NCBI GenBank assembly: GCA_963736855.1
Contig: CAVTQK010000021.1
Location: forward strand, 128,001-192,000
Source: an uncultured delta proteobacterium
GTDB lineage: Bacteria > Desulfobacterota > Desulfobacteria > Desulfobacterales > UBA2156
Length of the DNA stretch: 64,000 nucleotides
Direction: 5' to 3'
Positions 60,786 to 64,000 of this stretch are shown here, in pieces. The notes under the pieces are model-generated. The model ran no database searches. It was not told the origin of the DNA and worked only from the letters and a program-made list of their open reading frames with translations. Numbering within the stretch: position 1 is the stretch's first letter; each line of letters begins with the position of its first letter. The translations under genes and the position numbers were made by a program.

Positions 60786-61811
60786 ATGAACAGCAAAGTA
60801 ATCATTATTGATCAGGATGTCCGTCTTTTTAAGATGGTTGAAGATGCCATCAAAAAACATCATCGAGATGTCGATACCATCAAGGTGTCGACCATTGATA
60901 ATGCCGTAAAAATGCTTAAAACAGAACCGATTGCGGTCATTGCTTCGGTTTTTAACACTCTGACGGCCAGAGATTTTGCGTTTATTAATTATGTTGCAGA
61001 TTCTTTCATCGATATCCTTCATATTGTTATAGGCGAAAATGAACCTGATGCAATCAAGTCGATCATTAAAAATGAGGGTAATATAGATTACTTAAAAAAG
61101 CCATACACGCCAGAGACGGTGGCAATTAAGATCATTAACATCCTGAATCAGCAGAAAGATGGGGGTGCCCTTTACAACGTATCGTCCAGCATGATTCTCC
61201 AGATCATCCAGATGGAACAGCGTACATGTACCATCCGGATTTTAGATCATAAAAGCAACAAGAGGGGGGCCCTCTATTTCATGAATGGCAGAATCTTAGA
61301 TGCATGGGTTGTCGGGAAACGTGGAGAATTGGCCGCTTATGAAATTTTTTCATGGGATAACGTTTCCCTGTTTATCCAAAACAGTTGTTATCAAACAAAA
61401 AAAAGAATAGAGGGTGAACTCCAGGCCATTCTTCTGGAAGCCATGCGCCTGAAGGATGAAGCGGTATTAAAAAAGGCAGATGAACCGGATTCGTCTTTAG
61501 AAGAAGATGAAATATTAATTGATGTAGGGGAAGCTGTCAGTGATGATCTGAACAGGTTAAGAGATCGAATTACCAAAGATCAAGCTTCTAAAGACAGTAT
61601 ATTAGATATTTATGAAGATGAGAAATGGAATAATTTATTGTCTCAAGCCAGAAGAATTGGGACTTTTTTCGGATCAGGAGAGCTCAGAGTAGGTTGCGTG
61701 GAAGAGGGCGGAAAACAAGATTATCTGCTTGTTCCAGGAAAGCAAACAGTGGTTATAGCAATCGAACAAAGATGTCCAAGAGACAAACTGATTAAACTAA
61801 TAATGAGTTAA
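60786..61811 (+). CDS. Degenerate receiver + DUF4388/PATAN protein
   Basis: IIIDQD...YLKKP; ILQIIQMEQRTCTIRI..GALYFMNGRILDA; AILLEAMRLKDE. Confidence 0.82.
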   Translation: MNSKVIIIDQDVRLFKMVEDAIKKHHRDVDTIKVSTIDNAVKMLKTEPIAVIASVFNTLTARDFAFINYVADSFIDILHIVIGENEPDAIKSIIKNEGNIDYLKKPYTPETVAIKIINILNQQKDGGALYNVSSSMILQIIQMEQRTCTIRILDHKSNKRGALYFMNGRILDAWVVGKRGELAAYEIFSWDNVSLFIQNSCYQTKKRIEGELQAILLEAMRLKDEAVLKKADEPDSSLEEDEILIDVGEAVSDDLNRLRDRITKDQASKDSILDIYEDEKWNNLLSQARRIGTFFGSGELRVGCVEEGGKQDYLLVPGKQTVVIAIEQRCPRDKLIKLIMS

Positions 61812-61878
61812 GCTCATAAAAGCTTTAATAATGTTTTGAGACTATAGATGATCTGTAATTCAGGATATTGCCGGTAAT

Positions 61879-62271
61879 ATGGAAGATTCTCTCCTTGATA
61901 TATTGAGAATTCAGAATGTAAAGGGTGTCATATTTTCATCCCTTGATGGTGATATTCTATACGAGCGTTTCGCTGAACAATGGCGTTTTAATTTGAATGA
62001 AAAGAAAGTCTGGTGGGGTCTTTTCATTCATAGCCTAAATGGAATAAAGAGGGTTGAAATGGTCTATGACACCGATCGACTTTTTATTCGACAGGCGAAA
62101 GAAGGATATTTGTTCGTATTGGCCAGTAATTCTGCACCAATGGCCATGATTCGGTTACAATGTGATTTATTCTTATCCAAGATGGAAAAGAGTACTAAAA
62201 AAGGGCTTAATATTCTCTTCTCAGAACCAAAAAGGTCTAAGATTTTGTTCGATAATTTTTCAAGCCTATGA
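61879..62271 (+). CDS. Divergent roadblock-like protein
   Basis: IQNVKGVIFSSLDG and GYLFVL..APMAMIRL pattern. Confidence 0.65.
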   Translation: MEDSLLDILRIQNVKGVIFSSLDGDILYERFAEQWRFNLNEKKVWWGLFIHSLNGIKRVEMVYDTDRLFIRQAKEGYLFVLASNSAPMAMIRLQCDLFLSKMEKSTKKGLNILFSEPKRSKILFDNFSSL

Positions 62272-62436
62272 AAAGATAGAAGGTGTATCGGGCAAGGCAA
62301 GATCTTTATATTTATATTATCTTGAATAGCGCTGCAGTTATTATAAATATGAATGCCGGGAAGGACTTTTTAGAAAAGTCTTTCCAGTTTGAAGTATAAA
62401 TATTCTTTTGCCTATTCAATCAGAGGGAGGATCCTC

Positions 62437-63144
62437 ATGGATGAAAAAACAAGCGTTAGCTCAATCGAAGAGTTGGAAGAGGAAGGCATTTTTGAATTAG
62501 ATTACGAGGACTTGGAAGGTGAGGAAAATGAAATAATTGAGGATGGAGATGTCATAAAATTAGTTGATGTGGTAGATGAAAACACATCTGAGGTAGATAA
62601 TGATATTAATCAAATTCAAAAACTTTTTGATATGGAAAAAGAAACAAAAAGTGACACGGATGATCAAGCAGCTGAAAAGCTTAAAAAAGTACTAAATGCC
62701 GCATTTGAAGATATTGGATCAGGGAACAAAAAAACGGCTAAACCTCTTGTGGAAAAAGAAAGAGGGGAGGAAGAAGATTTACTAGATTTAGATGAATTGG
62801 GTATAAAAGAAAAGGAGGATGTTTTAGGGATTGAAGAAGGTCCAAAGATCCCAGAAATTCCAGAAGATGCAATTTCCGAAGAACCGGAGCAAGTTAGTGA
62901 GAAAAAGGAGATTCAAGAAATCATAACAACAGGTGCAGTGGAGTTTGAAGAAAAAGAAAAGATAAAAGCAATGGAGACCTACCAAGTCGACAAAGAACAA
63001 GTAGAACGGATTATAAAAGAAACAGTTGAAAAAAAATTGGATGAAGTTGTAAAAAAGGCAATCATTGAGGTTGCCGAAAAGTTTTTATCACAGACCATCG
63101 ATACGATAAAGATAAAAATGATCGACGGCATAAAAGAAAAATAG
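62437..63144 (+). CDS. Highly acidic low-complexity protein with C-terminal amphipathic helix
   Basis: GGGAGG RBS; E/D-rich body; VERIIKETVEK...EVAEKFLSQTIDTIK. Confidence 0.8.
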   Translation: MDEKTSVSSIEELEEEGIFELDYEDLEGEENEIIEDGDVIKLVDVVDENTSEVDNDINQIQKLFDMEKETKSDTDDQAAEKLKKVLNAAFEDIGSGNKKTAKPLVEKERGEEEDLLDLDELGIKEKEDVLGIEEGPKIPEIPEDAISEEPEQVSEKKEIQEIITTGAVEFEEKEKIKAMETYQVDKEQVERIIKETVEKKLDEVVKKAIIEVAEKFLSQTIDTIKIKMIDGIKEK

Positions 63145-63342
63145 AATTTAGCTTAGGAGCAAATCAGTTTAAAAAGCGGTAAAAAAGATAAGAATAAGGG
63201 TCATCGCTTTTTTAAAGATGTATCGCACTAAACAATTCATTGACTCTTTACCCTGCAAAACATGACAAGGTATAGAGAAGAGGAATAAAAATATTTTCCC
63301 CGAAGATTCAAGAATGATAAAATTATAAAAAGTCAAAATTAG

Positions 63343-63468
63343 GATGGTAAAGTAAAAAGCTTCAGATGCAAGGCGCGCAAATCCTGAGGAATGAGGCGTA
63401 CATGTGGGTACGCCGCAATGACAAAGGATGCAGTGCAACGAAGCAGATGGACTTTTTACGAAGCCATC
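63343..63468. repeat. About 126-bp palindromic MITE/REP-like element
   Basis: Imperfect TIRs gatggtaaagtaaaaagc / gactttttacgaagccatc; central hairpin ggcgtac-N6-gtacgcc. Confidence 0.8.
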
Positions 63469-63525
63469 AGGAATAACCCATCTATTTCATTTGTAACTTA
63501 GTGCATCCTGCATGAGAATCGATAC

Positions 63526-63810
63526 GTGACGGAGGGAGGCCAAAACAACGATATCTTAAAGAATCATTTGTCGGGTTCTTCCGAACAGGAATTTCATGAT
63601 GATCAGGATCTTGCCCAAGTCGTTCATCAGTATTTTCTCAAAGAGCCGGAAGCAATACAATCGGAAAATTCATCATCCATGCCCTTGAAGTCCAATCAGT
63701 CGGAAAAAGATGCAATTTATAATCTTGAAGATGTTATAGGGAACATGGATAATGCTGGTTACAGCCTTGAAAGTATCGTTGAGACCTTGTCAGAAAAAAA
63801 TGAAAAGTGA
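63526..63810 (+). CDS. Hypothetical acidic protein
   Basis: 94-aa ORF with GTG start; no motif recognised. Confidence 0.45.
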   Translation: MTEGGQNNDILKNHLSGSSEQEFHDDQDLAQVVHQYFLKEPEAIQSENSSSMPLKSNQSEKDAIYNLEDVIGNMDNAGYSLESIVETLSEKNEK

Positions 63811-64000
63811 GATTTCATTTGTGCTGCTCGCCGGTGGTCATCAATACCACAAATTCATGAATGAATATCCCCACCCGTAAGATCTTTCTGGATTTCATCA
63901 TTTAATGTCAAACAAGGACTTTGCGAAAGATTGGGTCTGCCGGAGCGCCTGCGAAGACCTGCAGAAGAGAAGCGCTCGATGAGGCAAGGTTTGCGTTGGC

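Noticed and set aside
1..64000. tRNA, rRNA or known riboswitch
   Set aside because: None recognised by eye; tRNAscan-SE and Infernal/Rfam would be needed to exclude them.

Overview
Chromosomal window from an anaerobic bacterium, probably a deltaproteobacterium (Desulfobacterota-like, inferred from gene content). All family calls come from motif recognition by eye; no database search was run. Left part: EamA transporter (cut by the window edge), MscS-cNMP channel, rubrerythrin-like gene, hutU-ftcD-hutI, a large PHP-like membrane protein, a Tm-1/UPF0261 protein, a primase-helicase fusion with a degenerate TOPRIM domain, a frameshifted hybrid sensor kinase, and a Tat-linked DUF362/polyferredoxin/aldo-keto reductase cluster interrupted by galE-rfbB. 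Middle (27.3-36.9 kb): a mosaic region cut into blocks by three same-orientation copies of a non-coding repeat that resembles an IS91/ISCR rolling-circle oriIS end. One copy abuts a decayed IS91-type transposase N-terminus, and the blocks carry intact genes plus unrelated gene fragments. At 38.3-52.7 kb: an 11-subunit complex I operon (nuoABCDHIJKLMN) without a normal NuoEFG module. It is followed instead by a NuoF/HydB-like Fe-S protein lacking the flavin domain and a 1200-aa GltD/SfrB-NuoG/SfrA-like fusion with an NADPH-type signature. Right part (54-63.8 kb): an AT-rich block encoding MglB-MglA with PilZ, two pseudo-receiver/PATAN proteins, extra roadblock domains and an acidic RomR/PopZ-like protein. 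No rRNA, tRNA or CRISPR array was seen. The best candidates for undescribed systems are the NADPH-input complex I variant, the IS91-like cargo array and the extended Mgl polarity cluster.
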